Below, in pieces: positions 1 to 10,866 of a stretch of 64,000 nucleotides of DNA; within the stretch, counting starts at the first letter, position 1; every line of letters starts with the position of its first letter. The stretch is from positions 1,024,001 to 1,088,000 of the forward strand of contig JAXGYC010000007.1 of NCBI GenBank assembly GCA_040772485.1, in the 5' to 3' direction. Made by a program: the position numbers and the translations under genes. The DNA comes from Sedimentisphaerales bacterium. Lineage in GTDB: Bacteria; Planctomycetota; Phycisphaerae; Sedimentisphaerales; Anaerobacaceae. The notes below the pieces were generated by a model. That model was not told the DNA's origin. It worked only from the letters and a program-made list of their open reading frames with translations, and made no database searches.

Positions 1-1
1 G

Positions 2-1654
2 TGGCGCGCGCAATTGGTGGGCCTGGCCGCCGCACGATGGGCGATCGGCTTTCTGCCTCGCGGACACGCGGCCGAGGACCGGGTTCGCGCTGTCGGCGCC
101 ATCATGGCCGTGATGCTCTTGATCACGATCATCCGCTGCGTCGCCAAGTACTATCAGGACTATATCGGCCAGAAGATCGTGCAGAGCGCCATCAACGAGC
201 TGAGGCAGGATGTCTTCGCCCGCCTGATGCACGTTCCGATCGGCATCTTCGCCATCGAGCGTCCCAGCGATACGATCAGCCGGATCATGCGGGACACGAA
301 CACCATGACCTCGGCCATCAAGGTCATGCTCGGCAAGGCGCTGCGAGAGCCGATCAACGCGTTGTTCATGCTCGTGTTTGCCATGGCCCTGAACTGGAAA
401 CTGTCGCTGGTGTTCCTCACGGCAGCCCCGTTAGTGCTCGTGCTGCTCGGATCGTTCGGACGCAAGATGAAGAAGGCGTCTCGGCGCTCGCTGGTCGCCG
501 GCGCCGAGATGCTCTCCAAGCTTCAGGAAGCGGTAACCGGCCTGCGCGTGGTGAAGGTCTACAACCAGCAGGAGTACGAACAGAGACAATTCGGCAAAAT
601 CAACGATCGCCTGCTCAAGCAACTGCTGGCGATGTCGAAGGTGGACGCCGCCACCCATCCGGTGCTGGAGGTGCTGGGAATGCTGGCGGGGGCAGGCGCC
701 GTCATCGTCGGGATGGCCTGGTTCACGGGCGGCAGCCTGGACGGCACCGAGTTCATCGCGCTGTTGGCCTTGCTGGGCGGGGCCGCGGAGGCGGTGCGGA
801 AGACCAGCGACATCTGGAACAAGATTCAACAGGCCAACGCCGCCGCCGAACGCGTCTTTGCCGTGCTGGACCATCCGACCGAACCGGAGAAGCCCAACGC
901 CGCGGTCCTCCCGTCGGGTCAAGGCAACGTCGAGTTTCGCGACGTCGTATTCACGTATCCGGGAGCAGAGCGGACTACACTCAAGGGCGTCAATCTGACG
1001 GTGACAGCCGGCCATAACGTGGCCATCGTCGGGCCCAATGGATCGGGCAAGACCACGCTGGCCAACCTGCTGCCTCGCTTCTACGATCCGGATTCCGGCC
1101 ATATCCTCATCGGCGGCTACGACATCGCCGAAGTTACGTTGGATAGCCTGCGCCGCCAGATCGGCATGGTGACCCAGGAGGTTATCACCTTCAACGACAC
1201 GATCACCGTTAATATCGGCTACGGGCGTCAGGGCGCCACACAGGGGGAAATCGTCGAGGCCGCCAAGCGGGCATTCGCCCACGAGTTCATCAGCCAGTTG
1301 CCGCTCGGCTACGACACCGTCATCGGCGAACACGGCGTCGGGCTCAGCGGTGGACAGCTTCAGCGCATCGTGATCGCCAGGGCGATCCTGAAGAACCCGG
1401 CGATCCTGATCTTCGACGAGGCCACCAGTCAGGTAGATGCCGACAGCGAGACCAAGATCCACAAGGCGATTGAGGAGATCATGCACGGCCGAACCACGTT
1501 CATCATTGCGCACCGCTTCAGCACCGTGGTGGCCGCTGACGTCATTGTCGTGATGGACGGGGGCCGGATCGTCGCCCAAGGAAAGCACGAGCAGCTCATG
1601 CAGACCTGCTCGATCTACCAGGGCCTGTACGAGACGCAGTTGATCAAGGCTTGA
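2..1654 (+). CDS. ABC exporter, fused TMD + ATPase (MsbA-like), 5' truncated by window edge
   Basis: TM helices, then Walker A GPNGSGKT, signature LSGGQ and Walker B ILIFDEATS. The frame is open from the window start. Confidence 0.9.
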   Translation, partial: WRAQLVGLAAARWAIGFLPRGHAAEDRVRAVGAIMAVMLLITIIRCVAKYYQDYIGQKIVQSAINELRQDVFARLMHVPIGIFAIERPSDTISRIMRDTNTMTSAIKVMLGKALREPINALFMLVFAMALNWKLSLVFLTAAPLVLVLLGSFGRKMKKASRRSLVAGAEMLSKLQEAVTGLRVVKVYNQQEYEQRQFGKINDRLLKQLLAMSKVDAATHPVLEVLGMLAGAGAVIVGMAWFTGGSLDGTEFIALLALLGGAAEAVRKTSDIWNKIQQANAAAERVFAVLDHPTEPEKPNAAVLPSGQGNVEFRDVVFTYPGAERTTLKGVNLTVTAGHNVAIVGPNGSGKTTLANLLPRFYDPDSGHILIGGYDIAEVTLDSLRRQIGMVTQEVITFNDTITVNIGYGRQGATQGEIVEAAKRAFAHEFISQLPLGYDTVIGEHGVGLSGGQLQRIVIARAILKNPAILIFDEATSQVDADSETKIHKAIEEIMHGRTTFIIAHRFSTVVAADVIVVMDGGRIVAQGKHEQLMQTCSIYQGLYETQLIKA

Positions 1655-1663
1655 GGCTTCGTC

Positions 1664-2632
1664 ATGAGCGCGATGTCACGAATCGACAGAGAGAAGAAAG
1701 CGCACGAACTGTTCACGCGCTTCGACGGCAACCCGATCCTCAAGGCTGAAGACTGGCCTTACGCCGCCAACGCGGTCTTCAACCCCGGCGCCGCCCGGCT
1801 GGACGGCCAGACGCTGCTGCTGGTGCGCGTCGAAGACATGCGAGGGTTTTCTCATCTGACGGTCGCTCGCAGCCCCAACGGCCTGACCGACTGGACCGTG
1901 GACCCCGAGCCGACGCTGACCGCCGACCCAACCACCCACGAGGAACGGTGGGGCCTGGAAGACCCGCGCATCGTCTGGCTCCAGGAGCAGAAGCAGTTCG
2001 CGGTCACGTACGTGTCTTTCAGCGAGGGCGGACCGATCGTCTCGCTGGCCATCACCAAGAACTTCCGCACGTTTGCCCGTCTGGGCGGCCTGCTGCCTCC
2101 GGAAGACAAGGACGCGTGCCTGTTCCCCCGTCGGTTTGACGGGCGGTTCGCGTTGATTCACCGCCCCATCGTGCGGGGCGAAGCGCATATCTGGATCAGC
2201 TTCTCGCCGGACCTGAAGCACTGGGGCGATCACCAGCTCCTGATCCCGACCCGCGCCGCCTACTGGGACTGTCACCGAGTCGGCCTCGCTTGCCAGCCGA
2301 TCGAGACACCGGAGGGGTGGCTGGTCTTCTACCACGGCGTACGCAGCACCACCGCCGGGCAGATCTATCGTACCGGCTTGGCCCTGCTGGACCTGCAACG
2401 GCCCTGGATACTCCTGCGCCGAAGCGATGAGTGGATTCTGGGCCCGCACGCCCACTACGAGCGCGTCGGCGACGTCGGCGACGTTGTGTTCCCCACGGGC
2501 GCCACGGTCGACAAGGACACCGATGAGCTGCGCCTGTACTATGGGGCCGCCGACTGCACCGTGGCCGTCGCGACCGCCAGGATGACCGACGTGCTCGACT
2601 ACATCATGGCCAGTCCCGAAGTCGACCACTGA
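1664..2632 (+). CDS. GH130-family glycoside phosphorylase/hydrolase
   Basis: Motifs NPIL, VFNPGA, GLEDPR, EDKDA and YYGAAD typical of GH130 beta-propellers. Confidence 0.85.
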   Translation: MSAMSRIDREKKAHELFTRFDGNPILKAEDWPYAANAVFNPGAARLDGQTLLLVRVEDMRGFSHLTVARSPNGLTDWTVDPEPTLTADPTTHEERWGLEDPRIVWLQEQKQFAVTYVSFSEGGPIVSLAITKNFRTFARLGGLLPPEDKDACLFPRRFDGRFALIHRPIVRGEAHIWISFSPDLKHWGDHQLLIPTRAAYWDCHRVGLACQPIETPEGWLVFYHGVRSTTAGQIYRTGLALLDLQRPWILLRRSDEWILGPHAHYERVGDVGDVVFPTGATVDKDTDELRLYYGAADCTVAVATARMTDVLDYIMASPEVDH

Positions 2633-2739
2633 CCGCCTGCCAACGGCGGATGGGGGAGAACAAGACAGACCGTCTCTGCGCTTCGGCCCCGTGCATCCAG
2701 ATGTGGATAGAGGCCGCAGAATTTCCTGGCGTTTTGTGG

Positions 2740-2768
2740 TTGACGGCAGTCGGCAGGCTCGCTAATCT
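2740..2768 (+). promoter_or_regulatory. sigma70-type promoter upstream of the riboswitch
   Basis: TTGACG(2740-2745)-N17-TAATCT(2763-2768), about 8 nt before the riboswitch P1 stem. Confidence 0.75.
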
Positions 2769-2775
2769 CGGATTC

Positions 2776-2966
2776 CGTTGTTGGTGTGTCCCGAAGGTGG
2801 GGACACCGAAAAGAGGGAATCCGGTGCGAATCCGGAACTGTCGCGCAGCGGTAAGTGGGAACGACCGCCATCATTGAGCACTGCCCGAACGGGTGGGAAG
2901 CGATGGCCGGTAGGAACGCAGAGCCTGGCTCTGACATGCCCGCAAGTCCGAAGACCTGCCAGCAAC
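2776..2966 (+). ncRNA. cobalamin (B12) riboswitch
   Basis: Conserved elements AAAGAGGGAATCCGGTGCGAATCCGGAACTGTCGCGCAGCGGTAA, CACTG...GGGAAG and B12 box AAGTCCGAAGACCTGCC. GTTGTTGG/CCAGCAAC can form P1. It lies upstream of B12-independent enzymes. Confidence 0.93.
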
Positions 2967-3203
2967 CCACACGGCTCGTGTGGACGACGGCAATGTCGCT
3001 TTCGCGTTGAAAGGCAATTGCTCGTGCGGCCGCCGGCGGGGAAAGGTCTTCTCCTCTCGGCGTCCGACGGCCCGTATCCTGCCTTGTCTTCCGCGGCCAA
3101 TTGCCTCAATCGGGTACTCGGTGCGCGTGCACCCGCCGATCCGTAGTCACTGGTCCAATGAAAAAGGACGCGCCAGTCCATCATCTCAGCAAGGAGTGCT
3201 GTC

Positions 3204-5360
3204 ATGCCCAACCTCACCGACACGAGTGATGCCACGACCCAGAAACAGACCACCCTCTCAGGCGGTTTCACTACCGTCCGGAAACGAGACGGCCGACAAG
3301 CTCCCTTCGACGCATCGAAGATCCAGGCCGCCATCGCGAAGGCGGGAGCCGCCACCGGGCAGTTCGGACCGGAAACCGCCTGTCAACTGACCCTGCGTGT
3401 TCTCAGCCTGGCACAGATGACGCTGACCAACACACCCAGTGTCGAACAATTGCAGGACCTGGTCGAGGACGTCCTTCTGACAAGCCCCTTCAAGAAGACC
3501 GCCAAGGCCTACATCCTCTACCGCGACCAGCACGCGAGAATCCGCGAACTGACGCAGAAGGCCGACGTCGATCTGATCGACAACTACCTCGACCGACTGG
3601 ACTGGCAGGTCCAGGAGAACAGCAACATGTCCTACTCGCTGCAAGGGCTGAACAACTACATCTCCAGCGAAGTCAGCAAGACGTACTGGCTCAACAAGAT
3701 CTATCCAAAGAACATCCGCGAGGCCCACACCTCGGGCGACTTCCACCTCCAGGACCTGGGCATGCTCAGCGTCTACTGCGTCGGATGGGACCTCCACGAC
3801 CTGCTGCGCTGCGGCTTCCAGGGCGTCGCAGGCAAGACTGAGAGCAGCCCCGCCCGGCATTTCCGCACCGCCCTGGGGCAGATCGTCAACTTCTTCTACA
3901 CGCTGCAGGGCGAGGCCGCCGGCGCCCAGGCGTTCTCGAATGTGGACACGCTGCTGGCCCCGTTCATCCGGTACGACGGCCTGGACGAGCGCGAAGTGCG
4001 TCAGGCCCTCCAGGAATTCGTCTTCAACGTCAACATCCCCACCCGCGTGGGCTTCCAGACGCCGTTCACCAACATTACGCTCGACCTGAAAGCCCCTGCG
4101 ACACTCGCCGACCAGCCCGTGGTGATCGGCGGACAACTGATGGACCGCGCCTACCGCGAATTCGAGCCTGAGATGCGAACGTTCAACCGGGCCTTTCTCG
4201 ACGTGATGGCCCAGGGCGACGCCAGGAACCGGGTCTTCACGTTTCCGATCCCCACCTATAACATCACCGCGGATTTTGCCTGGGACGCGCCGGAGTTGGA
4301 GAGCCTGTGGCAGGTCACAGCCAAATACGGCATCCCCAACTTTGCGAACTTCATCAACAGCGACATGTCGGTGGCCGACGCCCGATCGATGTGTTGTCGC
4401 CTGCGTCTGGACCTGCGTCACCTCGAGAAGCGCGGGGGCGGGCTCTTCGGGGCCAATCCCCTGACCGGCTCGATCGGCGTCGTCACGATCAACATGCCCC
4501 GGCTGGGTCACATCAGCGCCGACGAGAGCGAATTCGTCAAGCGACTTGACGCACTCATGGACCTGGCCCGCAGCAGTCTGGAGATTAAGCGCAAGCTGCT
4601 CGAACGCCTCACCGACAGAAACCTTTACCCCTACACGCGGTTCTACCTGAGGAGCGTCAAGGAGCACTATGGCCAATACTGGCACAATCACTTCTCCACG
4701 ATCGGGCTGGTCGGGATGAACGAGGCCTGCCGGAACCTGCTCGGAAAGGACATTGGAACCGCCGAGGGGCGCAGCTTCGCCGCCCGAATCCTGGACCACA
4801 TGCGTGCCCGGCTGCTGACGTTCCAGGAACAGACCGGCAGTCTGTACAACCTCGAAGCCACGCCGGCCGAGGGGACCAGCTATCGGCTGGCTCGCCTCGA
4901 CCAACAGAAGTACCCCGATATCGCCAGCGCCAACACATCGCCACAGGCCAGCCGGAGCGAGCCGTTCTACACCAACTCGACCCAATTGCCCGTCAACTAC
5001 ACCAACGACATCTGGGAGGTGCTCGAACTCCAGGACGACCTTCAGGCCAGGTACACCGGGGGCACCGGACTGCACATCAATCTCGGCGAGGCGGTCGCCG
5101 ATCCCAATGCCGTCAAGCGGTTGGTCCGCAAGGTCTGCACGAACTACCGGCTGCCCTATTTCACGATCTCTCCGGTGTTCAGCATCTGCGCCGAGCACGG
5201 GTATTTGCGCGGCCGGCAGCAACAATGTCCGCACTGTGGCCGCAAAACGGAAGTATATGCCCGCGTGGTCGGCTATCTGCGTCCTGTGGATCAGTGGAAC
5301 GAAGGCAAACGAGCGGAATTCGAACAGCGACGCTATTTCCGGATCAAGGCGACCTCATGA
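3204..5360 (+). CDS. nrdD: class III anaerobic ribonucleoside-triphosphate reductase with N-terminal ATP cone
   Basis: ATP cone (VRKRDGR...FDASKI), SMCCRL, EATPAEGTSYRLA, C-terminal Zn site CAEHG...CPHC and glycyl-radical loop RVVGYLRP. SD AAGGAG. Confidence 0.96.
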   Translation: MPNLTDTSDATTQKQTTLSGGFTTVRKRDGRQAPFDASKIQAAIAKAGAATGQFGPETACQLTLRVLSLAQMTLTNTPSVEQLQDLVEDVLLTSPFKKTAKAYILYRDQHARIRELTQKADVDLIDNYLDRLDWQVQENSNMSYSLQGLNNYISSEVSKTYWLNKIYPKNIREAHTSGDFHLQDLGMLSVYCVGWDLHDLLRCGFQGVAGKTESSPARHFRTALGQIVNFFYTLQGEAAGAQAFSNVDTLLAPFIRYDGLDEREVRQALQEFVFNVNIPTRVGFQTPFTNITLDLKAPATLADQPVVIGGQLMDRAYREFEPEMRTFNRAFLDVMAQGDARNRVFTFPIPTYNITADFAWDAPELESLWQVTAKYGIPNFANFINSDMSVADARSMCCRLRLDLRHLEKRGGGLFGANPLTGSIGVVTINMPRLGHISADESEFVKRLDALMDLARSSLEIKRKLLERLTDRNLYPYTRFYLRSVKEHYGQYWHNHFSTIGLVGMNEACRNLLGKDIGTAEGRSFAARILDHMRARLLTFQEQTGSLYNLEATPAEGTSYRLARLDQQKYPDIASANTSPQASRSEPFYTNSTQLPVNYTNDIWEVLELQDDLQARYTGGTGLHINLGEAVADPNAVKRLVRKVCTNYRLPYFTISPVFSICAEHGYLRGRQQQCPHCGRKTEVYARVVGYLRPVDQWNEGKRAEFEQRRYFRIKATS

Positions 5361-6037
5361 GAATCGGTGGTTTTCAGGCGTTGACATTGAGCGACTATCC
5401 GGGCCATCTTGCTGCAATCGTCTTCACGCAAGGCTGCAACTTCCGTTGCCCGTTCTGTCACAACGGGCCGCTGCTTCCATTCAACCGCCCGGCAGCCGAA
5501 CTCATCGACGAAGGACTTGTAGTCGACGCCCTGCAGAGCCGCGCCGCTTTCCTCGACGGCGTCGTCATCACCGGCGGCGAGCCCACGCTGCAAGAGGACC
5601 TCAGGACGTTCATCGAGCAGATCAGGGCTATGAGACTGAAGGTCAAGCTCGACACGAACGGCAGTCGCCCGGACGTCCTGGCGGACCTGCTGGCCGGGCG
5701 CCTTCTTGACTGTGTGGCAATGGACATCAAGGCCCCGTTTGCCAGGTATCCGCAACTGACCGGTGTCGATGCGCCCGTCGAGGCCATCCGGGACAGCATC
5801 ACTCTGCTCGCCTCCGCTGGGACGCCATGCGAGTTTCGCACGACGTTCGTCCCTCCCCTGCTTTCAAAGCGTGACCTCGACGAGATCCGTTCGTACCTGC
5901 CCGATGGCGCTCGGCACACCGTGCAAGCGTTTCTGGCAGACAACGCGATCGACGCTTCGCTCCGTTCCGCAACGGGAATGGCGCTCGAGCCTCCCGACGA
6001 TACTCCTCATCACCTCGATTGGTATTCAGGAGAATAG
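5357..6037 (+). CDS. nrdG: anaerobic RNR activating radical-SAM protein
   Basis: CNFRCPFCHN radical SAM motif, ITGGEP, KLDTNG. ATG at 5357 overlaps the nrdD stop (ATGA). Confidence 0.93.
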   Translation: MRIGGFQALTLSDYPGHLAAIVFTQGCNFRCPFCHNGPLLPFNRPAAELIDEGLVVDALQSRAAFLDGVVITGGEPTLQEDLRTFIEQIRAMRLKVKLDTNGSRPDVLADLLAGRLLDCVAMDIKAPFARYPQLTGVDAPVEAIRDSITLLASAGTPCEFRTTFVPPLLSKRDLDEIRSYLPDGARHTVQAFLADNAIDASLRSATGMALEPPDDTPHHLDWYSGE

Positions 6038-6040
6038 AAC

Positions 6041-8332
6041 ATGACGATTAGCGCCAACCTCGGCTTTCCACGTATTGGCACAGACAGGGAACTCAAGAAG
6101 GTTCTGGAAGCCTACTGGGCCGGCCGCACCGATCTGGCATCCCTCGTGGAAACAGGCCGGCGACTGCGAGCAACCCACTGGGCGCTTCAGAGGGAACTGG
6201 GCATCGACCACATCCCCTCGAATGACTTCTCGCTGTACGATCACGTGCTCGACACCACCTGCATGCTCGGCGCCGTTCCATCTCGTTTCGGTCTCAAGGA
6301 CAGCACCGTCGATGTGGACACGTATTTCGCCATGGCCCGAGGCACCGACAACGCCCACGCAATGGAGATGACGAAGTGGTTCGACACGAACTACCACTAC
6401 ATCGTCCCGGAATTCGAATCGGGCCAGGAATTCAGGCTCGCCTCATCGAAGGTTATCGACGAGTTCCGCGAAGCCAATGGCCAGGGCATCGTCACGCGGC
6501 CCGTGCTCCTGGGCCCGGTCTCGTATTTACTCCTGGGCAAGCCCAAAAGCCCCGGCCTGGAACCGCTGGACCTGCTCGACCAGGCGCTCTCGGTGTATAT
6601 CGAAGTGATCGGACAACTCGAAGCGGCGGGCGCCCGGTGGATCCAGGTCGATGAGCCCGTACTGGTCCTCGATCTCGATGAGCGAGTCCCGGCCGCCTTC
6701 GAACGCGCCTACGAACGCTTCGCCCAAGCCAGAAAGAGACGGAAGCTGTGTCTGACCACCTACTTCGGCAGCCTGGGCGACAACGTCGACTGGGCCATGA
6801 GATTGCCCTTTGACGCGATCCATCTCGACGTGGTCCGAGCCCCGGAACAACTGGACAAGGCCTTGACGCTGCTGCCTGGAGACGCCGCACTGTCGTTGGG
6901 TGTCGTCAACGGGCGCAATATCTGGAAGACAAACATGGGCGTGACACTTGACCTCATTGACAAGACTGCCGCTGCCATCGGGCCTGAGCGTCTGATTCTG
7001 GCCCCGTCCTGTTCGTTGCTGCACAGCCCCGTCGACGTCGAGAGCGAAGGAACGATGGACCCTGTCGTCCAGGAGCGTCTTGCCTTCGCCAGGCAGAAGC
7101 TGCAGGAGGTAGCCGTGCTGACGAAAGCCGTCAACGAAGGACGAACGGCCGTCGGCGATGTCCTGCAAGCCAATCGGGCGATCTTTGACAAGCAGCAGGC
7201 GTCCGGCCGCGTACACAGCGCCGCGGTGCGACAGCGGTCGGATTCGCTCTCGGAAGAGATGTTCCGCCGGCGCAAGCCCTTCGGTCAGAGAAAGAGTCTC
7301 CAACAAGCCGAACTGGCGCTGCCCCTGCTGCCTACTACGACGATCGGTTCCTTCCCGCAAACGGCGGAGATTCGAAAGACCCGCGCCGACTTCCGCAAGG
7401 GGCGCCTGACCGACACCGCGTATACGCAGGCCATGCGACGCGAAATCGAAACCGTGGTTCGTTTCCAGGAAGACGTCGGCCTCGACGTGCTCGTTCACGG
7501 GGAGCCCGAACGCAACGACATGGTGGAGTACTTCGGCCAGGTGCTCGAAGGCTTTGCCTTCACGGAGAACGGCTGGGTGCAGAGCTATGGCTCGCGCTGT
7601 GTCAAGCCGCCGATCATCTATGGCGATGTCTCCCGGCCGCTTCCCATGACGGTGGAGTGGATCACCTACACACAGTCGCTGACGGACAAGCCGGTCAAGG
7701 GGATGCTCACCGGGCCGATCACCATCCTGCAATGGTCTTTCGTCCGCGAGGATCAGCCGCGTCGCGACACGGCCTACCAGATCGCCGTGAGTATTCGTGA
7801 CGAAGTGCGCGATCTGGAGGCAGCCGGCATTCGGATCGTTCAGATCGATGAACCCGCCATTCGCGAGGGACTGCCTCTGCGACAGTCCGAGCGGCCGGAA
7901 TACCTGGACTGGGCGGTCAGGGCCTTTCGCCTGGCCACCTGCGGCGTGGACGACCGCACGCAGATCCACACGCACATGTGCTACAGCGATTTCAACGAGA
8001 TCATTGAGGCCATCGCCGGTCTCGACGCCGACGTCATCTCGATCGAGGCCTCCCGCTCGGACGTCAGGCTGCTCAACGCCTTCGTGGACTATAAATACCC
8101 TAACGATATCGGCCCGGGCGTGTATGATATCCACAGCCCGAGAGTGCCCTCGACGGAAGAAATGGTGGACTTGATCCGGAAGATGGCCGAAGTGCTGCGC
8201 GTCGAGCAGTTGTGGGTCAATCCCGACTGCGGTCTCAAGACCCGGCAGTGGCCCGAGGTCGAAGCGTCGTTGAGGAACATGGTCCTCGCCGCCCGGAGGC
8301 TGCGAGAGGAACTGGCGTCGCCACGGCAATGA
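6041..8332 (+). CDS. metE: cobalamin-independent methionine synthase
   Basis: [56 protein letters not shown]. Confidence 0.97.
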   Translation: MTISANLGFPRIGTDRELKKVLEAYWAGRTDLASLVETGRRLRATHWALQRELGIDHIPSNDFSLYDHVLDTTCMLGAVPSRFGLKDSTVDVDTYFAMARGTDNAHAMEMTKWFDTNYHYIVPEFESGQEFRLASSKVIDEFREANGQGIVTRPVLLGPVSYLLLGKPKSPGLEPLDLLDQALSVYIEVIGQLEAAGARWIQVDEPVLVLDLDERVPAAFERAYERFAQARKRRKLCLTTYFGSLGDNVDWAMRLPFDAIHLDVVRAPEQLDKALTLLPGDAALSLGVVNGRNIWKTNMGVTLDLIDKTAAAIGPERLILAPSCSLLHSPVDVESEGTMDPVVQERLAFARQKLQEVAVLTKAVNEGRTAVGDVLQANRAIFDKQQASGRVHSAAVRQRSDSLSEEMFRRRKPFGQRKSLQQAELALPLLPTTTIGSFPQTAEIRKTRADFRKGRLTDTAYTQAMRREIETVVRFQEDVGLDVLVHGEPERNDMVEYFGQVLEGFAFTENGWVQSYGSRCVKPPIIYGDVSRPLPMTVEWITYTQSLTDKPVKGMLTGPITILQWSFVREDQPRRDTAYQIAVSIRDEVRDLEAAGIRIVQIDEPAIREGLPLRQSERPEYLDWAVRAFRLATCGVDDRTQIHTHMCYSDFNEIIEAIAGLDADVISIEASRSDVRLLNAFVDYKYPNDIGPGVYDIHSPRVPSTEEMVDLIRKMAEVLRVEQLWVNPDCGLKTRQWPEVEASLRNMVLAARRLREELASPRQ

Positions 8333-8348
8333 GAACAGGAGCAGACCT

Positions 8349-8915
8349 ATGAGCATACGCCCGGACGTTTGGATCAGGAAGATGGCTGTCGAGCAACGCA
8401 TGATCGAGCCGTTCGTCGAACAGCAGGTGCGGCAGCGGGACGGGCGCGCCGTCGTTTCCTACGGCCTGTCCTCCTTCGGCTACGACATTCGCGTCTCGCG
8501 GCATTTCCGCATCTTCACCAACGTCTACGGCTCGGTGGTCGATCCGAAGGCGTTCGACGTCAGAGGGCTCGTCGAAATCGAGAGCGATGTCTGCCTGATC
8601 CCGCCCAACAGCTTCGCGCTGGCCCTGAGCGTGGAGACGTTCCGCATCCCGCAGAACGTCCTGACCCTGTGCGTGGGCAAGTCCACCTACGCCCGTTGCG
8701 GCATCATCGTCAACGTCACCCCCTTCGAGCCGGGCTGGGAAGGCCGGGCGGTGCTGGAGATCTCCAACACCACCCCCCTGCCGGCCAAGGTCTACGCGGA
8801 CGAGGGGCTGGCGCAGGTCCTGTTCTTCGAATCGGAGATTCCCTGCGAAGTCTCCTACGGCGACCGGCACGGCAAGTACCAACACCAGGACGGCATCGTC
8901 CTGCCCCAGGTGTAG
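8349..8915 (+). CDS. dcd: dCTP deaminase
   Basis: [31 protein letters not shown] motifs. Confidence 0.95.
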   Translation: MSIRPDVWIRKMAVEQRMIEPFVEQQVRQRDGRAVVSYGLSSFGYDIRVSRHFRIFTNVYGSVVDPKAFDVRGLVEIESDVCLIPPNSFALALSVETFRIPQNVLTLCVGKSTYARCGIIVNVTPFEPGWEGRAVLEISNTTPLPAKVYADEGLAQVLFFESEIPCEVSYGDRHGKYQHQDGIVLPQV

Positions 8916-8976
8916 GATGCCCTGGTCCGGACGTGCGTGCCGTGACACCGCAATTGCCGCGGACGCCACACCGTTT

Positions 8977-9885
8977 CTACGGCACATCTCGTCCAGTCGA
9001 GGCGCACCAGATCTCGAACCACTGCTCGCGCGACAGGGACAAGCCCAGAGCCTCTACGGCCTTCCCGATACGAGATAGACGCCCGGTGCCCAGCACCGGC
9101 ACGAACTTGGCCGGATGCATGAGCACCCAGGCCAGCGCCACCTGGTCCATGGATGCTCCACCGACCCGCCGGCCGATCCGGCCCAGGACGTCACGCAGCC
9201 GGTCCGCCTGCTCGGATTCCTCATGGAACAGCCGGCCACCCCCCATCGGCGACCACGCCATCGGTCGAATATCCAGTCTCTGACAAAGGTCGAGACTCCC
9301 GTCGGCGTGCGGATCGAGATGCATGACCGAGTACTCGATCTGATTTGTCACGAGAGGAACGTCAAGCTTCGAGGCCAGCATCTCGAACTGCGAAGGCAGG
9401 AAGTTCGAGACCCCAAAGTGCAGCACCTTTCCGGAATCCTTCAGAGCCATGAAGGCGTCGTTGACCTCGCGCGGGTCCGTCAGAGGATCCGGGCGGTGAA
9501 TGAGCAACAGGTCGAGGTAATCGACCCGGAGACTCCTCAGCGAGTTCTCTGCGGACGCGACGATGTGCGCGGCCGTGGTGTCGTAGCACTTGACGGCATG
9601 CGCCGGCCGGTTTCGTGACACGAGCTTGATGCCGCACTTGGTGACCAACTGGATTTGCGACCGCTCGATACCACTGGCGGCCAGCGCCCGGCCGAAAAGA
9701 GACTCACACGTGTAATCGCCGTAGATGTCGGCATGGTCGAACGTCGTGATGCCGAGTTCAAGGCAACCCGCGAGCAACTCTCGGATTTCCGCTTCGCTTT
9801 TGCCCCAATCCGCCAGCCTCCAAAGGCCGTGAACGATTCGAGAGCAACGAGGCCCCTCCCGGCGTAGTTCGATTCGAGGCACCAT
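8977..9885 (-). CDS. aldo/keto reductase (YdhF-like)
   Basis: FDHADIYG, TKCGI, LLLIHRPD, GVSNF, AWSP motifs. Confidence 0.9.
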   Translation of the reverse strand: MVPRIELRREGPRCSRIVHGLWRLADWGKSEAEIRELLAGCLELGITTFDHADIYGDYTCESLFGRALAASGIERSQIQLVTKCGIKLVSRNRPAHAVKCYDTTAAHIVASAENSLRSLRVDYLDLLLIHRPDPLTDPREVNDAFMALKDSGKVLHFGVSNFLPSQFEMLASKLDVPLVTNQIEYSVMHLDPHADGSLDLCQRLDIRPMAWSPMGGGRLFHEESEQADRLRDVLGRIGRRVGGASMDQVALAWVLMHPAKFVPVLGTGRLSRIGKAVEALGLSLSREQWFEIWCASTGRDVP

Positions 9886-10017
9886 AGCATGACACTCCAG
9901 ATGACCAAAGGGAATCCGTCTTTTCGGTCATCATACAGGAGCGTTTCGATGCGCACAACCGCCGCGTGCGATCCGCCTGCGGCCGGACGAGCCAATGTGT
10001 TTGAGCATCCGGCCGAA

Positions 10018-10812
10018 TCACGTCCCTGCCAGCACCGGCACGTCCGCACGCAATCGAGCCTCGATCTCATCGGCCAGCATCGTGTATTCGCAAGCGGCCT
10101 TGCTGTCCGGCGCAAACGTGAAGATCGACTTGCCCGCTTCCGGAGCCTCCACCAGCCGAATCGTCTTGTGGATCACCGTGTCGAAGACGAGATCGCCGAA
10201 CAACTCGCGCAACTGCAATTGGACCTTGCGCGTGTAAGCAGGGCGGTCCTCCACAAAGGTCAACAGCAGACCGAGCGTCCGCGCCGAACACGGATGAAAC
10301 CGCTTTTTGAGCACGCGGATGGTCTCCAGCAGACGCTTGAGACCTTCGAAGGCGTAGAAGTGAACCTGAACCGGGATAATCACGTCCGTGCTGGCTACCA
10401 GGGCGTTGAGCATGAGCAGTCCCAGTGCCGGGGGGCAATCGATGATGCACATGTCATAGTGGTCCGCCACGGTGCGCAGCCATTCCCCGAGCACCAGCTC
10501 CTTGCCGAGCAAACCTTGCAGCTCCAATTCGGCCCCGGCCAGTCTCACGTTGCTCGGCACCAGGTCGAGCCACTCCACGTCGGTGGCCACCGCCACCTTG
10601 ACGATCGACGCCCGCCGGTCGACCAGTCCATCGTAGATGGTCTTCTCGAAAGCATCCGGATCGAACCCCATGCCCATGGTCGCGTGTCCCTGTGGGTCCA
10701 GGTCCACCAGGAGAACACGGCGGCCCATTTTGGCAAACGCCACCGACAGATTCACTGCCGTAGTCGTCTTCCCGCAGCCGCCCTTCTGGTTGACAACGGC
10801 GATCGTTCTCAT
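10018..10812 (-). CDS. ParA/Soj-family ATPase (orphan; start could be 10824 or 10839)
   Basis: Deviant Walker A NQKGGCGKTT, VDLDPQG, IIDCPP. No adjacent parB. Confidence 0.9.
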   Translation of the reverse strand: MRTIAVVNQKGGCGKTTTAVNLSVAFAKMGRRVLLVDLDPQGHATMGMGFDPDAFEKTIYDGLVDRRASIVKVAVATDVEWLDLVPSNVRLAGAELELQGLLGKELVLGEWLRTVADHYDMCIIDCPPALGLLMLNALVASTDVIIPVQVHFYAFEGLKRLLETIRVLKKRFHPCSARTLGLLLTFVEDRPAYTRKVQLQLRELFGDLVFDTVIHKTIRLVEAPEAGKSIFTFAPDSKAACEYTMLADEIEARLRADVPVLAGT

Positions 10813-10866
10813 GGTCCCAGCCATACATCCATGGCGCATCGCCCCTCCCCGCATCACGCTGTCTTC

